A stretch of 64,000 nt of DNA from Eubacteriales bacterium (GCA_045544195.1 JAZPYO010000034.1:146881-210880), one strand, 5' to 3'; counted from the stretch's first letter, positions 36,211-46,908 are shown. Notes: generated by a model not told the origin, from the letters alone. Program-made: numbers and translations.

Positions 36211-38511
36211 TTACTGTACTGTTACTGACAATTTGCCGTCTGAAACAGTGATATTCAACACCTTTATGTCAGTGTTATAGTTGTCGATTATGAGGTTTGC
36301 CGCCTCGTCTTCTATATTTTTCTCGATATATCGGCGCATATTTCTTGCGCCGTATTTTTCTGAATATGACTGTTCTGCTACGTAATTGCGTGCATCTGTA
36401 GTATATTTAAGCTCAATACCTCTGTCAGAAAGAGCCTTTGCAAGCTCTCCCAGCATTATATCAGCTATTTTCTTGAAATCTTCCCTTGTCAATGAATTAA
36501 ACGTAATTATCTCATCGACACGGTTAAGAAATTCAGGACGCAAAAAATCGGAAAGTGCTTTTTCTGTTTTTTCTTTTCCCGCTGCCGCTTGCTCCTTGCC
36601 AAAGCCTGCAGGAGCAGTTACATAATTAGAGCCTGCATTCGTCGTCATAACGATTATTGTATTTTCAAAGTTTACTTCTCTACCCTGCGCATCGGTTATT
36701 CTTCCGTCATCGAGTATCTGGAGCATAATGTTCAATACATCAGGATGTCCTTTTTCTATCTCATCAAACAAAACAACAGAATAAGGACGGCGGCGTATCT
36801 TCTCTGTAAGCTGCCCTGCCTCATCATAACCTACGTATCCCGGAGGAGAGCCTATAAGTCGGGAAACGGAATGCTTTTCCATATATTCCGACATATCGAC
36901 GCGTATGAGAGAATCAGGTGAGTCAAACATATCGGATGCAAGAGTTTTAACAAGCTCTGTTTTTCCGACACCCGTCGGACCTGCAAAAATAAACGATACG
37001 GGCTTTTTCTTGAACGATACACCCGATCTGTTTCGCTTTATAGCTCGTACAACGGCTGAAATCGCCTCTTCCTGACCGATTATTCTCGCACTTAATCTTT
37101 CCTTGAGCGAGCCTATTCTTGCAAATTCGTTTTCTGTGATATTGCCTGCGGGAATACCCGTCCATATCTCAATAACTCTTGCAAGATCTTCAATACAAAG
37201 TCTTACTTCTTCAGCGTTTTGCTTCAAGGCTTCAAGCTCACTTGACAGCTTTATCTCTTCGCCCTTTAACCGCACGAGCATTTCATATCTTTTGTTGAGC
37301 TGATCCTCTTCCTTCGGCAATTCTGAGTTTTCGATAGACTCCCTTTGTGTCTTCGTTTCCTTTAAAGCATCAGACTTTTGTGCGATCTCACTCAGTATCG
37401 GCGTATTTATAGCAAGATGCGATGCCGCTTCATCAAGCAGATCTATCGCTTTATCAGGCAGAAATCTGTCAGTAATATATCTTTCGGAAAGAATTACCGT
37501 TCTGTATACTATCTCATCGGATATTTTCAAGCCGTGGAACTGCTCGTAATACGTTTTTATACCCTTGAGAATATCAACCGTGTCTGATATAGAGGGCTCT
37601 GATACGATAACGGGCTGAAATCTTCTTTCGAGTGCGGAATCCTTTTCGATATACTTTCTATACTCCGCAAGTGTTGTTGCGCCTATCACCTGTATTTCCG
37701 ATCTTGATAAGGCGGGCTTTAAAATATTTGCGGCATTCATACTGCCCTCTGCATCGCCTGCTCCGACAAGATTATGCACCTCGTCAATTACAAGAATTAT
37801 ATTTCCGAGTGTTTTTACCTCGTCTATCAGCCCCTTCATTCTTCCTTCAAACTGTCCTCTGAATTGCGTGCCTGCGACAAGCGCCGTCAGGTCAAGGACA
37901 TAGACTTCTTTATTTTGAAGCTTATAGGGAACTCTTTTTTCAGCTATACGTTGTGCAAGAGCCTCTGCTATCGCAGTTTTTCCGACACCCGGCTCACCTA
38001 TGAGGCACGGATTATTCTTCTGCCTGCGGTTGAGTATCTGAATGACTCTTTCAAGCTCTCTGTCCCTGCCGATTATTCTGTCAAGCTCGCCTTTTTTTGC
38101 TTTTTCACTTAAGTTAAGGCAGTAATTTTCAAGATAGTTTCTTGCCTTTTCTTTTTTCTTTTCTTCCTTTGCGGATCGCTTTTTATCCTTGGAAGAACCG
38201 TCAGGATCAGATGCGCCCATACCGCCGAAGAGCTTTGCAAAATCTATTGCAGGAGCATTTGCGTTGTCAGTATCAGATGCCATAGCCGGCATATCCTCCG
38301 TCACATTTTCCATTATGCCTGCCATTTCGTCGTCCATACGGTCAAGGTCCTCATCGCTTATTCCCATTTTACCGAGAATATCGTCTACGGGCTTTATACC
38401 AAGCTCCTTGGCGCACTTAAGGCACAAGCCCTCATTTACTGTTTCTCCGTTTTCAAATTTAGTCATAAAAACGACAGCAATGCGTTTTTTACATTTAGAA
38501 CAAAGTTGCAT
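36211..38511 (-). CDS. Clp/HSP100 AAA+ ATPase with N-terminal C4 zinc ribbon (ClpE-like)
   Basis: 766 aa. N-terminal CSKC...CLKC zinc ribbon and two Walker A motifs (GEPGVGKT, GPTGVGKT). An AGF tripeptide is a candidate ClpP-docking loop. Confidence 0.85.
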   Translation of the reverse strand: MQLCSKCKKRIAVVFMTKFENGETVNEGLCLKCAKELGIKPVDDILGKMGISDEDLDRMDDEMAGIMENVTEDMPAMASDTDNANAPAIDFAKLFGGMGASDPDGSSKDKKRSAKEEKKKEKARNYLENYCLNLSEKAKKGELDRIIGRDRELERVIQILNRRQKNNPCLIGEPGVGKTAIAEALAQRIAEKRVPYKLQNKEVYVLDLTALVAGTQFRGQFEGRMKGLIDEVKTLGNIILVIDEVHNLVGAGDAEGSMNAANILKPALSRSEIQVIGATTLAEYRKYIEKDSALERRFQPVIVSEPSISDTVDILKGIKTYYEQFHGLKISDEIVYRTVILSERYITDRFLPDKAIDLLDEAASHLAINTPILSEIAQKSDALKETKTQRESIENSELPKEEDQLNKRYEMLVRLKGEEIKLSSELEALKQNAEEVRLCIEDLARVIEIWTGIPAGNITENEFARIGSLKERLSARIIGQEEAISAVVRAIKRNRSGVSFKKKPVSFIFAGPTGVGKTELVKTLASDMFDSPDSLIRVDMSEYMEKHSVSRLIGSPPGYVGYDEAGQLTEKIRRRPYSVVLFDEIEKGHPDVLNIMLQILDDGRITDAQGREVNFENTIIVMTTNAGSNYVTAPAGFGKEQAAAGKEKTEKALSDFLRPEFLNRVDEIITFNSLTREDFKKIADIMLGELAKALSDRGIELKYTTDARNYVAEQSYSEKYGARNMRRYIEKNIEDEAANLIIDNYNTDIKVLNITVSDGKLSVTVQ

Positions 38512-38544
38512 TTATTTAATAACCTTTCTTTAAGGGAAGTGTTT

Positions 38545-39063
38545 TCAAACTATAAGATCAAAAAGCCTGTTAAGAAGATTGAGCTTATGTATAACTGAGT
38601 ATATCATCGAATTACTCAAAAGCTCATCTGTGAACAGCTCGGGGTTTATTTCAGCAAGCAAAGGATACCCATAGGTCAATATTGCCGAAAATACAAACGC
38701 ATATAATATTCCCAAAACCGCGCCTATGATTATACCGAGAGACTTATTGGTAAAATTAAGAACGGGCAGCTTCGATATCAGGTCAAGAACATTTGCTATT
38801 ATTGCTATTGCTATATGAGCTGCGGCATACAGTATAACAAACGATATTGCCAAAGCGACCGATGAAGATATTTCCTTCGGAGCATCGGTCAATATCTTAT
38901 CAGCAAACATCAAGGATATCGGCTTTGCAAACAGGAACGCAACGATCACAGAAGCAAGATTTATCAAAAGCCCGAATACAGTTTTAATAAATCCATCCTT
39001 ATAACCCTTGAATATAAATATACCCAGAATAGCAACAAAGATAATATCGATTATATAATTCAT
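38545..39063 (-). CDS. CvpA family membrane protein
   Basis: 172 aa with four hydrophobic helices. The N-terminus (IDIIFVAILGIFIFKGYKDGFIK) is typical of CvpA. Confidence 0.7.
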   Translation of the reverse strand: MNYIIDIIFVAILGIFIFKGYKDGFIKTVFGLLINLASVIVAFLFAKPISLMFADKILTDAPKEISSSVALAISFVILYAAAHIAIAIIANVLDLISKLPVLNFTNKSLGIIIGAVLGILYAFVFSAILTYGYPLLAEINPELFTDELLSNSMIYSVIHKLNLLNRLFDLIV

Positions 39064-39080
39064 TTTTTCCTCGCTTTAAA

Positions 39081-40364
39081 TCAGATAAATTCATTCTCTT
39101 CGATCGGATATGCACGGTTTTTACCCGCCGCAAGCAAAATTCCGTTTTCAGTCTGTAAAAGTCGGACTATAACGCTTTTATTGGCGTAAGCGCCTCTTTT
39201 TCCGTCCTTCAAAGATATTCTGGTGATATTATCATCGTATAAAACATATGCATATTCACCGTAAATATAAACATCTATCGGATGCGGCTCTATATCGAAT
39301 GTTTGAAGCAGCTTTCCTTCCTGATCGAAAATACATAATGCGGTATCTTCGCCGAGCTTCGCTTTATCAAATACTGCCGCGGCGTACTTATCACACGCAT
39401 ACGTAATAATGCACTCGTCAAGACCGTACTTATGCTCACTCGCAGCAGGACCGTTTTCATCTGTAAATACGATCCTGTCAGTACAGAATACGACCTTTTT
39501 ACCGTTTTCGAACATATGCATATTAAGCCCCATAATATCTTCGCCATATTGAACCGTATTTATCTGCTCTTGTCTTATATTGCCGCTTATGCAGTAGCTT
39601 TGCATACTTCCGTTTTCTGCACTTGCGGCAAGTATTTCAAATGAGCCGTCAGTATTCAATATTACATCGAATACATATTTATCATTCGTTTTCCATGTAT
39701 ATGCAGGCTTATAGCTTTTATTGTATATTATAACGCAGCATCTGTAATCATCACTTCTTGTAACAATGGCAAATCTGCCGTCATCAGCCATATATGCATC
39801 AGAGATCGGATAGTCAAGCGTTTCGCTGTATAATACAGAAAATGAATTATATACAGAAAAATCGTACCCTGACATATCGTACACAAGAAAATAACTTTTC
39901 CCTGCGGATATTCTCGGCTTGACATAGCTTATATCGCTTTTTAATACGGGCTCGCCTGCCATATTAACGACCTCAACACTCTGTCTGCCAACGCTGACAA
40001 GATCGCTTTTAAACATTTCAAATGACAGCTCTGCGTCTTCTGTATAAGCTATATGACCAAATTGAGACGGTGAGTCAGGAAGCTCTATATTGAGATCCTT
40101 CATAAGATACTGAAAATTTTCAGCAGTTATATCATCGGAAAATGCAGTAAGCATACAAAGCACGAACACAACGAGAACGGTAAGGGTAAGAAACTTGAAA
40201 AAACGAATTCCATAGGATATTTTTACGTAATACTCGTTTATCTGTTCTTCACCGTCATCGTATATATCAAGCTCAACACCGCCTGAGCGTAAGTCCCTGC
40301 GTTTTTCCTCGCCGTTAAGCTCAACTACGCCGTCGTCTGAAATTTCATTTCTATTTTTCTTCAA
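39081..40364 (-). CDS. single-pass membrane protein with repeat-rich extracytoplasmic domain (DUF5711-like), unknown function
   Basis: 427-aa ORF with a TTG start after GGGGTGA. It has an acidic cytoplasmic N-terminus, one TM helix and a beta-rich C-terminal domain. Confidence 0.6.
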   Translation of the reverse strand: MKKNRNEISDDGVVELNGEEKRRDLRSGGVELDIYDDGEEQINEYYVKISYGIRFFKFLTLTVLVVFVLCMLTAFSDDITAENFQYLMKDLNIELPDSPSQFGHIAYTEDAELSFEMFKSDLVSVGRQSVEVVNMAGEPVLKSDISYVKPRISAGKSYFLVYDMSGYDFSVYNSFSVLYSETLDYPISDAYMADDGRFAIVTRSDDYRCCVIIYNKSYKPAYTWKTNDKYVFDVILNTDGSFEILAASAENGSMQSYCISGNIRQEQINTVQYGEDIMGLNMHMFENGKKVVFCTDRIVFTDENGPAASEHKYGLDECIITYACDKYAAAVFDKAKLGEDTALCIFDQEGKLLQTFDIEPHPIDVYIYGEYAYVLYDDNITRISLKDGKRGAYANKSVIVRLLQTENGILLAAGKNRAYPIEENEFI

Positions 40365-40368
40365 TTCA

Positions 40369-41130
40369 TCACCCCCGCGGTGTGAAAAAATCTTCCTTAT
40401 ATACTACCTTTGAAAGATACAGTCCGTCAGGCGGAGCTGTTATACCCGCCTTCGTTCTGTCACAGCTGTTAATAATATTCAAAATAGAATTCTGTTTGAT
40501 CTTTCCCTTTGACACATCAAGCAGAGTTCCGACCATTATACGTACCATATTGTAAAGAAAACCGTCTGCCGCCACAGAAAATTCGACCGTATCACCGTAT
40601 CTTTGAACCGTAAAATACTTAATCGTTCTTACTGTACTGCTTACATCGGATCCTGTCGCCATAAACGACGAGAAATCGTGCGTTCCGACAAAATACGACG
40701 CCTGAATATTCAGCATCTTATCATCGATATATTCCGAAACACGTGTTGCCCGCTTGTGTAAAAAAGGATCCTTGAACGGAGAATTATGCACCTTATACAC
40801 ATACTCCTTGTATTCGCAGTGACGTGGGTTAAATCCGTCGTCTACGACACAGCAATCCTTCACGGAAATGTCATTCGGCAGAATATGATTTAATGCATAC
40901 GGTATCCGCTCACACGGAACATTATTTCCGCCGTTAACCGAGCAGCACGCATAATATTCCAATGCGTGAACACCTGCATCTGTGCGGCTGCAGCCGGATA
41001 TATCACATCTTTCATCGAACAACAGCTCACACGATCTTTTAAGCGTTCCCGCTATCGTTGAAGCGTTATTCTGTATCTGAAAGCCGTGATAATCAGAGCC
41101 TAAAAATGATATTTTCAGTAAATACTTCAT
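40369..41130 (-). CDS. truA: tRNA pseudouridine(38-40) synthase
   Basis: 253 aa with the catalytic motif GCSRTDAGVHA. It holds the usual position downstream of ecfT. Confidence 0.9.
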   Translation of the reverse strand: MKYLLKISFLGSDYHGFQIQNNASTIAGTLKRSCELLFDERCDISGCSRTDAGVHALEYYACCSVNGGNNVPCERIPYALNHILPNDISVKDCCVVDDGFNPRHCEYKEYVYKVHNSPFKDPFLHKRATRVSEYIDDKMLNIQASYFVGTHDFSSFMATGSDVSSTVRTIKYFTVQRYGDTVEFSVAADGFLYNMVRIMVGTLLDVSKGKIKQNSILNIINSCDRTKAGITAPPDGLYLSKVVYKEDFFTPRG

Positions 41131-41954
41131 ATCGGAAGTCCCATATTTGATGAAATTATATTTTCCAAAATAACAATAGCAAGCAGGACTGCTGATACAA
41201 TGATAATAATTATATCCTTAGGATATATCTTCAATTCCTTGAGCTTTGTTCTGCCCTCACCGCCTTTGTAGCAACGGCAGATCATAGCACACGAAAGCTC
41301 CTCTGCTCTGCGCAATTCAGATATCAGAAGCGGAACGAACACGGGTATCATAGCTTTTGCGCGCTTGATAAGGCCACCGGATGAAAAGTCAGTTCCCCTT
41401 GCCTTCTGAGCGGATATTATTTTATCAGTTTCCTCGATTATCGTGGGTATAAAACGCATTGCTATCGACATCATCATAGCAAATTCATGCACATCAAGTC
41501 CTGCGCGTCTCAAAGGACTTAATAATCCCTCTATGCCGTCTGTCAAGGCAATCGGAGATGTTGTATACGATAGAAGAATACTCGTTGAAGATATCAGAAG
41601 GATTATGCGAAGCATCATCTTCACGGCAAGCTCTATTCCGTCTGAGTATATTTTTATGAAATAATATTCGACAAGGAGTGTGCCTGTACGTGTCAGAAAT
41701 ATCTGTATCACTGCCGTAAAGAGTAAAATGAACACCACAGGCTTCATCCCCTTGATTATTACTCTTAATGATATCCCCGAAACGATTATCAAAGCAAGCA
41801 CTGCAAGCACCGCTGTAGCAAAGCTGATTGCAGATGAAGCACAGAATATTACCGCTATCATCATAAATGAAAGCAGTATCTTTGCCCTCGGATCCATATT
41901 GTGTATGATCGAATTTCCGGGAAAAAACTGTCCTAATGTAATATCCTTAATCAT
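41127..41954 (-). CDS. ecfT: ECF transporter transmembrane component
   Basis: 275 aa, multi-TM, CbiQ/EcfT-type with an AQKARG motif. It overlaps both flanking genes. Confidence 0.9.
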   Translation of the reverse strand: MIKDITLGQFFPGNSIIHNMDPRAKILLSFMMIAVIFCASSAISFATAVLAVLALIIVSGISLRVIIKGMKPVVFILLFTAVIQIFLTRTGTLLVEYYFIKIYSDGIELAVKMMLRIILLISSTSILLSYTTSPIALTDGIEGLLSPLRRAGLDVHEFAMMMSIAMRFIPTIIEETDKIISAQKARGTDFSSGGLIKRAKAMIPVFVPLLISELRRAEELSCAMICRCYKGGEGRTKLKELKIYPKDIIIIIVSAVLLAIVILENIISSNMGLPI

Positions 41955-42816
41955 TTTTTTCCTTTTTCAGTCTGTTATAAAGTGAAATAATTTCTTTTGC
42001 GGCAGACTCAACAGTATAAACAGATTTGCTTACATCATATCCCTCGTCATGAAGCTTTGTCATAAATCTCGTTATCTGTGGAGTGTTCAAGCCTATTTCC
42101 TTCAACTGTCTGTAATGCTCAAATATCTGATCGGCATTACCCGTCATACAAGTCTTACCGCTATCCATTACAACTATCTTATCGCAGTATTTCGCCATAT
42201 CCTCCATACTGTGACTTATAAGAATAACGGAATTTTTGCCGTTTTGACGGTAGGAGCATATTTTAGAAAGAATATCATCTCTGCCCGCGGGATCAAGGCC
42301 TGCGGCAGGCTCGTCAAGAACTAAGAAACGGGGCTTCATTGCAATTATTCCCGCTATTGCCGCCCTGCGCTTCTGTCCGCCTGAAAGCTCAAACGGAGAT
42401 TTGTCAAGCAGGCTTTGCGAAAGCCCGACAAATTCGCAGGCTTCTTCCACTCTCAGCTTTATTTCATCTTCCGAAAGCTTCATATTTCGTGGGCCGTATG
42501 CAATATCCTGTCTTAACGTATCCTTGAATAATTGATACTCGGGATATTGGAACACAAGTCCGACCTTGAATTTTGCCTCATAGCAGGTCTTTTTGTTTTT
42601 ATTGATATCCTCTCCGTCAAGCAAAACTCTGCCCGTTGTAGGCTTTATCAATCCGTTCAGCATTTGAGCCGCGGTGGACTTCCCCGATCCTGTGTGCCCC
42701 ATAAGGCCTGTCACAGTATCATCGTCAAACGTAACAGAAAGATCATTCAATGCCTGAATTTCAAACGGCGTATGAGCGCCGTATACATAGCTTACATTTT
42801 CAAGTGTGAGAGGCAT
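41947..42816 (-). CDS. ecfA2: ECF transporter ATPase component A2
   Basis: 289 aa. Walker A GHTGSGKST, signature LSGGQKRR, Walker B FLVLDEP. Confidence 0.9.
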   Translation of the reverse strand: MPLTLENVSYVYGAHTPFEIQALNDLSVTFDDDTVTGLMGHTGSGKSTAAQMLNGLIKPTTGRVLLDGEDINKNKKTCYEAKFKVGLVFQYPEYQLFKDTLRQDIAYGPRNMKLSEDEIKLRVEEACEFVGLSQSLLDKSPFELSGGQKRRAAIAGIIAMKPRFLVLDEPAAGLDPAGRDDILSKICSYRQNGKNSVILISHSMEDMAKYCDKIVVMDSGKTCMTGNADQIFEHYRQLKEIGLNTPQITRFMTKLHDEGYDVSKSVYTVESAAKEIISLYNRLKKEKND

Positions 42817-43691
42817 TACTGTACCTCCCTTGCTTTTTCCAGCGCATCCTTAATGACCTGTAAAGCGGTTTTGGTGCGTGTAGGCATTCTGTCAATGGGA
42901 AGTCCCGCTTTTTTCAGAAGATAGCAAAGCTCTGTCACCTGCGGAACATCAAGTCTTACGCTGTTCAATTCCTCAACACAGGAAAAAACCTCCTCAGGTG
43001 TTCCGCTCTTAAATACCTGTCCTTCATTCAGAACTATCACTCTGTCAGCCAAAGCTGCCTCGTTCATATAGTGCGTTATATGAATTATAGTTTTGTTTTC
43101 TTCCTTATTCAGCTTTCTGACCGTATTCATAACGTCATCTCTGCCGAACGGATCAAGCATCGCGGTTGACTCATCAAAAATTATAACATCAGGTCGCATT
43201 GCAATTATTCCTGCGATCGCCACTCTCTGCTTCTGACCGCCCGATAGCTTGTGTGGAGCGTGCTTCAGGTATTCTGTCATTCCAACGCACTGCAACGCCT
43301 CGTCCACACGCGATCTGATTTCTTCTCTCGGTATACCGAGATTTTCAGGTCCAAATGCCACATCCTCCTCAACCGTCGTTGCAACGATCTGATTATCGGG
43401 ATTTTGATGTACCATACCGACGTGGCGTCTTAATTCATACGCCTCATCCTCACTTATATTATGTGAGATGTCTTTGCCAAGCACCTCTATTTTTCCTTGC
43501 AAAACTCCGTTTTCCTCTGTAAGTATCATATTGATGAGCTTTGCGAGCGTTGATTTCCCGCTCCCATTGTGACCGAGAATGGCAACAAATTCTCCCTTTT
43601 CAACTTGAATGCTGATATTTTTTAAAACGGGAATGAGTCTGTCTTCATCTCTGTACGAAAACGAAAGATCTTCAGTTTTTATAACTGTCAT
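42816..43691 (-). CDS. ecfA1: ECF transporter ATPase component A1
   Basis: 291 aa. Walker A GHNGSGKST, signature LSGGQKQR, Walker B VIIFDEST. Confidence 0.9.
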   Translation of the reverse strand: MTVIKTEDLSFSYRDEDRLIPVLKNISIQVEKGEFVAILGHNGSGKSTLAKLINMILTEENGVLQGKIEVLGKDISHNISEDEAYELRRHVGMVHQNPDNQIVATTVEEDVAFGPENLGIPREEIRSRVDEALQCVGMTEYLKHAPHKLSGGQKQRVAIAGIIAMRPDVIIFDESTAMLDPFGRDDVMNTVRKLNKEENKTIIHITHYMNEAALADRVIVLNEGQVFKSGTPEEVFSCVEELNSVRLDVPQVTELCYLLKKAGLPIDRMPTRTKTALQVIKDALEKAREVQ

Positions 43692-44561
43692 TTATTTATA
43701 CCAACGGCAAGACGATCCGCAGGGCAGACATATTCCCGTCTGGGTAACGGGCAAGCCAACCTCTCTGCAATCTACCGTACCGCCCAATCTGTTTTTTAGA
43801 TTTGTATTCAGCATATATCCTACTGCCGAAGGAGAAAATCCCGTTGTATAGGAATTTACAAGGAAGAAGAGCGGCTTATCGGACAGAAGACTTGCTGCCT
43901 TTGCTATAAGCTCGTCCACACATTCCTCAAGCTTCCACACCTCGCCGCCGGGTCCTCTGCCGTATGACGGTGGGTCCATAATGATTCCCTCATATGAATT
44001 GCCGCGCCTTATCTCACGCTCGATAAATTTCATACAATCATCCACAATATATCTTATGGGATTTTTATCAAGCCCTGAAAGAACAGCGTTTTGCTTTGCT
44101 TGATTTGTCATTCCCTTTGAGGCATCAACATGGCATACGGCTGCGCCTGCATATGACGCTGCCATCGTAGCACCGCCCGTATAGGCAAACAGATTAAGCA
44201 CCTTACCGCCGCCGTTTTTTGTCAAAATATCGGAAAACCAATCCCAATTCACAGCCTGCTCCGGAAAGAGCCCTGTGTGCTTGAAGCCCATAGGCTTGAT
44301 GAGAAATTTCAGGTCGCCATAAGAAATATTCCAGCTTTCAGGCACATTGCACTTTATCCATTTACCGCCGCCGGATGAATCTCGTCTATATATAGCATCC
44401 GCTTTTTTCCAGAGCGGACTTGTTTTTTTGCCCTTCCAGATTATTTGCGGATCGGGTCTTATCAGAATGTATTTACCCCATCTTTCAAGACGTTCACCGT
44501 CAGATGCATCTATCAATTCATAGTCTTTCCATTTGTCTGATACAAACATTGGTTGAAACAC
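43692..44561 (-). CDS. class I SAM-dependent (rRNA-type, RlmI/RlmK-like) methyltransferase
   Basis: 289 aa. SAM-binding VLNLFAYTGG and IIMDPPSYGRG (DPP motif). Confidence 0.7.
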   Translation of the reverse strand: MFQPMFVSDKWKDYELIDASDGERLERWGKYILIRPDPQIIWKGKKTSPLWKKADAIYRRDSSGGGKWIKCNVPESWNISYGDLKFLIKPMGFKHTGLFPEQAVNWDWFSDILTKNGGGKVLNLFAYTGGATMAASYAGAAVCHVDASKGMTNQAKQNAVLSGLDKNPIRYIVDDCMKFIEREIRRGNSYEGIIMDPPSYGRGPGGEVWKLEECVDELIAKAASLLSDKPLFFLVNSYTTGFSPSAVGYMLNTNLKNRLGGTVDCREVGLPVTQTGICLPCGSSCRWYK

Positions 44562-44567
44562 CTTTCA

Positions 44568-45644
44568 TCAATCTTCGTTTTGGTCAAAAATACTTTTTTG
44601 AACCGCCTTGCCCGTTTTGGACATATCTACTCCGAGATGTCGGCAGGCGGCGCTTGTTACGCATCTGCCCCTGGGAGTTCTGTTAAGAAATCCTATCTGC
44701 ATAAGATACGGCTCGTAAACATCCTCTATCGTTATCGCTTCTTCGCCGATCGTTGCTGCAAGTGTTTCAAGCCCGACAGGGCCTCCGTCATAGAATTTCA
44801 GTATAGTCATAAGCATCTTGCGGTCTGTTGCATCAAGACCAAGCTCATCTATGTCCAGCTTTTTCAATGCATAATCTGCGATCTGCTTTGTGATTTCGCC
44901 ATCTCCTACAACCTGGGCATAATCTCTGACTCTTTTAAGAAGTCTGTTTGCTATACGAGGTGTTCCTCTGGAGCGCTTTGCTATTTCCTCAGCACCGCCG
45001 TCCGCCGTTGCTATGCCCAATATATCAGCGCTTCTTTTAACTATTTCAGTCAGCTCCTGCGGTGAATACAGCTCAAGGCGTAAGAGTACGCCGAATCTGT
45101 CACGCAGCGGAGTTGTAAGCTGCCCTGCGCGTGTTGTAGCGCCGATCAAAGTAAATCTTTTAAGCGGCATACGGATGCTGCGCGCCGCAGGACCCTTGCC
45201 GATGATTATATCAAGCGAAAAATCCTCCATCGCAGGATACAGTATTTCCTCAACAGTTCTCGGTAAACGGTGTATCTCGTCAATGAAAAGTACATCGCCC
45301 TCATTGAGATTTGTGAGCAACGCCGCAAGATCACCGGGCTTTTCTATCGCGGGGCCCGACGTTATTCTTATCGAAGTGTTCATCTCGTTTGCAATTATCT
45401 GTGAAAGCGTGGTTTTGCCAAGTCCCGGCGGACCGTAAAGCAGAGTATGATCGAGAGGATCGCCTCTGAACCTTGCCGCATCTATATATACCTTCAAATT
45501 TTCTTTGGCTTTATCCTGACCTATATAATCGTTTAAAGTCTGCGGACGTAAGGAAGGCTCGCTATCCGAATCCTCCTCGGTGTATTCCGCACCAAGTAAA
45601 CGCTCGTCAAAATCTTCGGTTGAAAATTCCTCGTATTCGGACAT
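44568..45644 (-). CDS. ruvB: Holliday junction branch migration helicase RuvB
   Basis: 358 aa. [12 protein letters not shown], Walker [11 protein letters not shown], and IDEIHRL. Confidence 0.95.
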   Translation of the reverse strand: MSEYEEFSTEDFDERLLGAEYTEEDSDSEPSLRPQTLNDYIGQDKAKENLKVYIDAARFRGDPLDHTLLYGPPGLGKTTLSQIIANEMNTSIRITSGPAIEKPGDLAALLTNLNEGDVLFIDEIHRLPRTVEEILYPAMEDFSLDIIIGKGPAARSIRMPLKRFTLIGATTRAGQLTTPLRDRFGVLLRLELYSPQELTEIVKRSADILGIATADGGAEEIAKRSRGTPRIANRLLKRVRDYAQVVGDGEITKQIADYALKKLDIDELGLDATDRKMLMTILKFYDGGPVGLETLAATIGEEAITIEDVYEPYLMQIGFLNRTPRGRCVTSAACRHLGVDMSKTGKAVQKSIFDQNED

Positions 45645-45666
45645 TTTTATCTTTACCTTTCTTTAA

Positions 45667-46257
45667 TCATTTCATCAGCTTTTTTAGCGCTTCCTTGATC
45701 ATATCCTCAAGCGACAGCATCGGTGATATACCCTTCAAGGCGTTTACCGCTTCTGATTTTGAATATCCCAATACCATAAGGGCGTTCTGGGCATCAGAAA
45801 GCGTACCTGAAGATACGGGTGTATCAGCTACTCCCTTTGATACCGAAATTTGCTTTGCTACCTTGTCCTTTAATTCAAGAACTATACGCGCGGCTGTCTT
45901 TGCGCCGACTCCGTTGGCTTTTGAAAGAGCTTTAACATCCTCGTTTCCAACCGCAATAGCAAATTTTTCAACAGTAAACGATGATAAAACGGACATCGCC
46001 GCCTTAGGACCTACTCCCGAAACTGTTATAAGCAATTTAAACAGCGAAAGCTCCTCTAAGGAATAAAAGCCGAACAGCTCGACGGCGTCTTCTCTCACTG
46101 CCATATATGTATATAGCTTGACTTTATCCTTCTGTGATGAAGCAAGATCTCCTATAGTATTCGCGCTGACGGTCAATTTATAGGCAACACCGCCGACATC
46201 AATGACCGCAAGATTGCTTTCCGTATGCACAAGATCGCCTTTTATATAATAAAACAT
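45667..46257 (-). CDS. ruvA: Holliday junction DNA-binding protein RuvA
   Basis: 196 aa. MFYYIKGDL start and HhH motifs (ISVSGVGPKAA, LSKANGVGAKTA). Confidence 0.9.
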   Translation of the reverse strand: MFYYIKGDLVHTESNLAVIDVGGVAYKLTVSANTIGDLASSQKDKVKLYTYMAVREDAVELFGFYSLEELSLFKLLITVSGVGPKAAMSVLSSFTVEKFAIAVGNEDVKALSKANGVGAKTAARIVLELKDKVAKQISVSKGVADTPVSSGTLSDAQNALMVLGYSKSEAVNALKGISPMLSLEDMIKEALKKLMK

Positions 46258-46272
46258 CTCAGAACCTGACCT

Positions 46273-46788
46273 TTACAGTAATCGTTTTTTCTTCTCGTTA
46301 TAAAATCCTTTTATCAATGAGCCTCCCGTATGGGCGTGGCACACAGCGATCGCCAACGCGTCGGATGTATCGTCGAGCTTTGGCTTTGATTTCAGGTTAA
46401 GCAGCGTTTGCACCATAGTCATTACCTGCTGCTTATCAGCTCTGCCATAGCCTACGACTGCCTGCTTTACCTGTAAGGGTGTATATTCAAATATCTGCAG
46501 GTTATTTTTCATTCCCGACAGAAGTATCACGCCTCTTGCCTCAGCTACTGCAATGGCTGTTTTCTGGTTTGTATTGAAAAACAGCTCCTCAACCGCCATA
46601 TCCGTCGGAGAGTATTTTTTTATGATCTCATTCAAGGTATCGTATATCGTGGTTATCCGTACCTCGACATCAATTCCGGGTTTGGTTTGTATAGCGCCGT
46701 AAGCAATTGTTTTAAAAGAGCCGTTGACGTAATCTATTATACCGTAGCCGACAATGGCAAGACCGGGGTCTATTCCGAGAATGCGCAT
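46273..46788 (-). CDS. ruvC: crossover junction endodeoxyribonuclease RuvC
   Basis: I prefer the ATG at 46788 (AAGGAG RBS): MRILGIDPGLAIVGYG, the RuvC N-terminal catalytic motif. Confidence 0.9.
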   Translation of the reverse strand: MRILGIDPGLAIVGYGIIDYVNGSFKTIAYGAIQTKPGIDVEVRITTIYDTLNEIIKKYSPTDMAVEELFFNTNQKTAIAVAEARGVILLSGMKNNLQIFEYTPLQVKQAVVGYGRADKQQVMTMVQTLLNLKSKPKLDDTSDALAIAVCHAHTGGSLIKGFYNEKKKRLL

Positions 46789-46830
46789 ATAAGCTCCTTT
46801 CAATACAAACTTTCCCATTATGATTATATT

Positions 46831-46860
46831 ATTATACTACCTTTTGAACGCTATTGTCAA
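46831..46860 (-). promoter_or_regulatory. putative sigma-70 promoter TTGACA-18-TATAAT for ruvCAB
   Basis: On the minus strand, TTGACA lies at 46860-46855, followed by an 18-nt spacer and TATAAT at 46836-46831. Confidence 0.4.
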
Positions 46861-46908
46861 ATACTATTTTGTGAATAATATATTATTATAATAATAAATA
46901 AAAGTGCC

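Noticed and set aside
44553-46066. Plus-strand ORFs 44553..45065, 45013..45438 and 45473..46066
   Set aside because: These ORFs are antisense to ruvB and ruvA, whose identities are unambiguous. They show no RBS and have biased S/P/R-rich composition.
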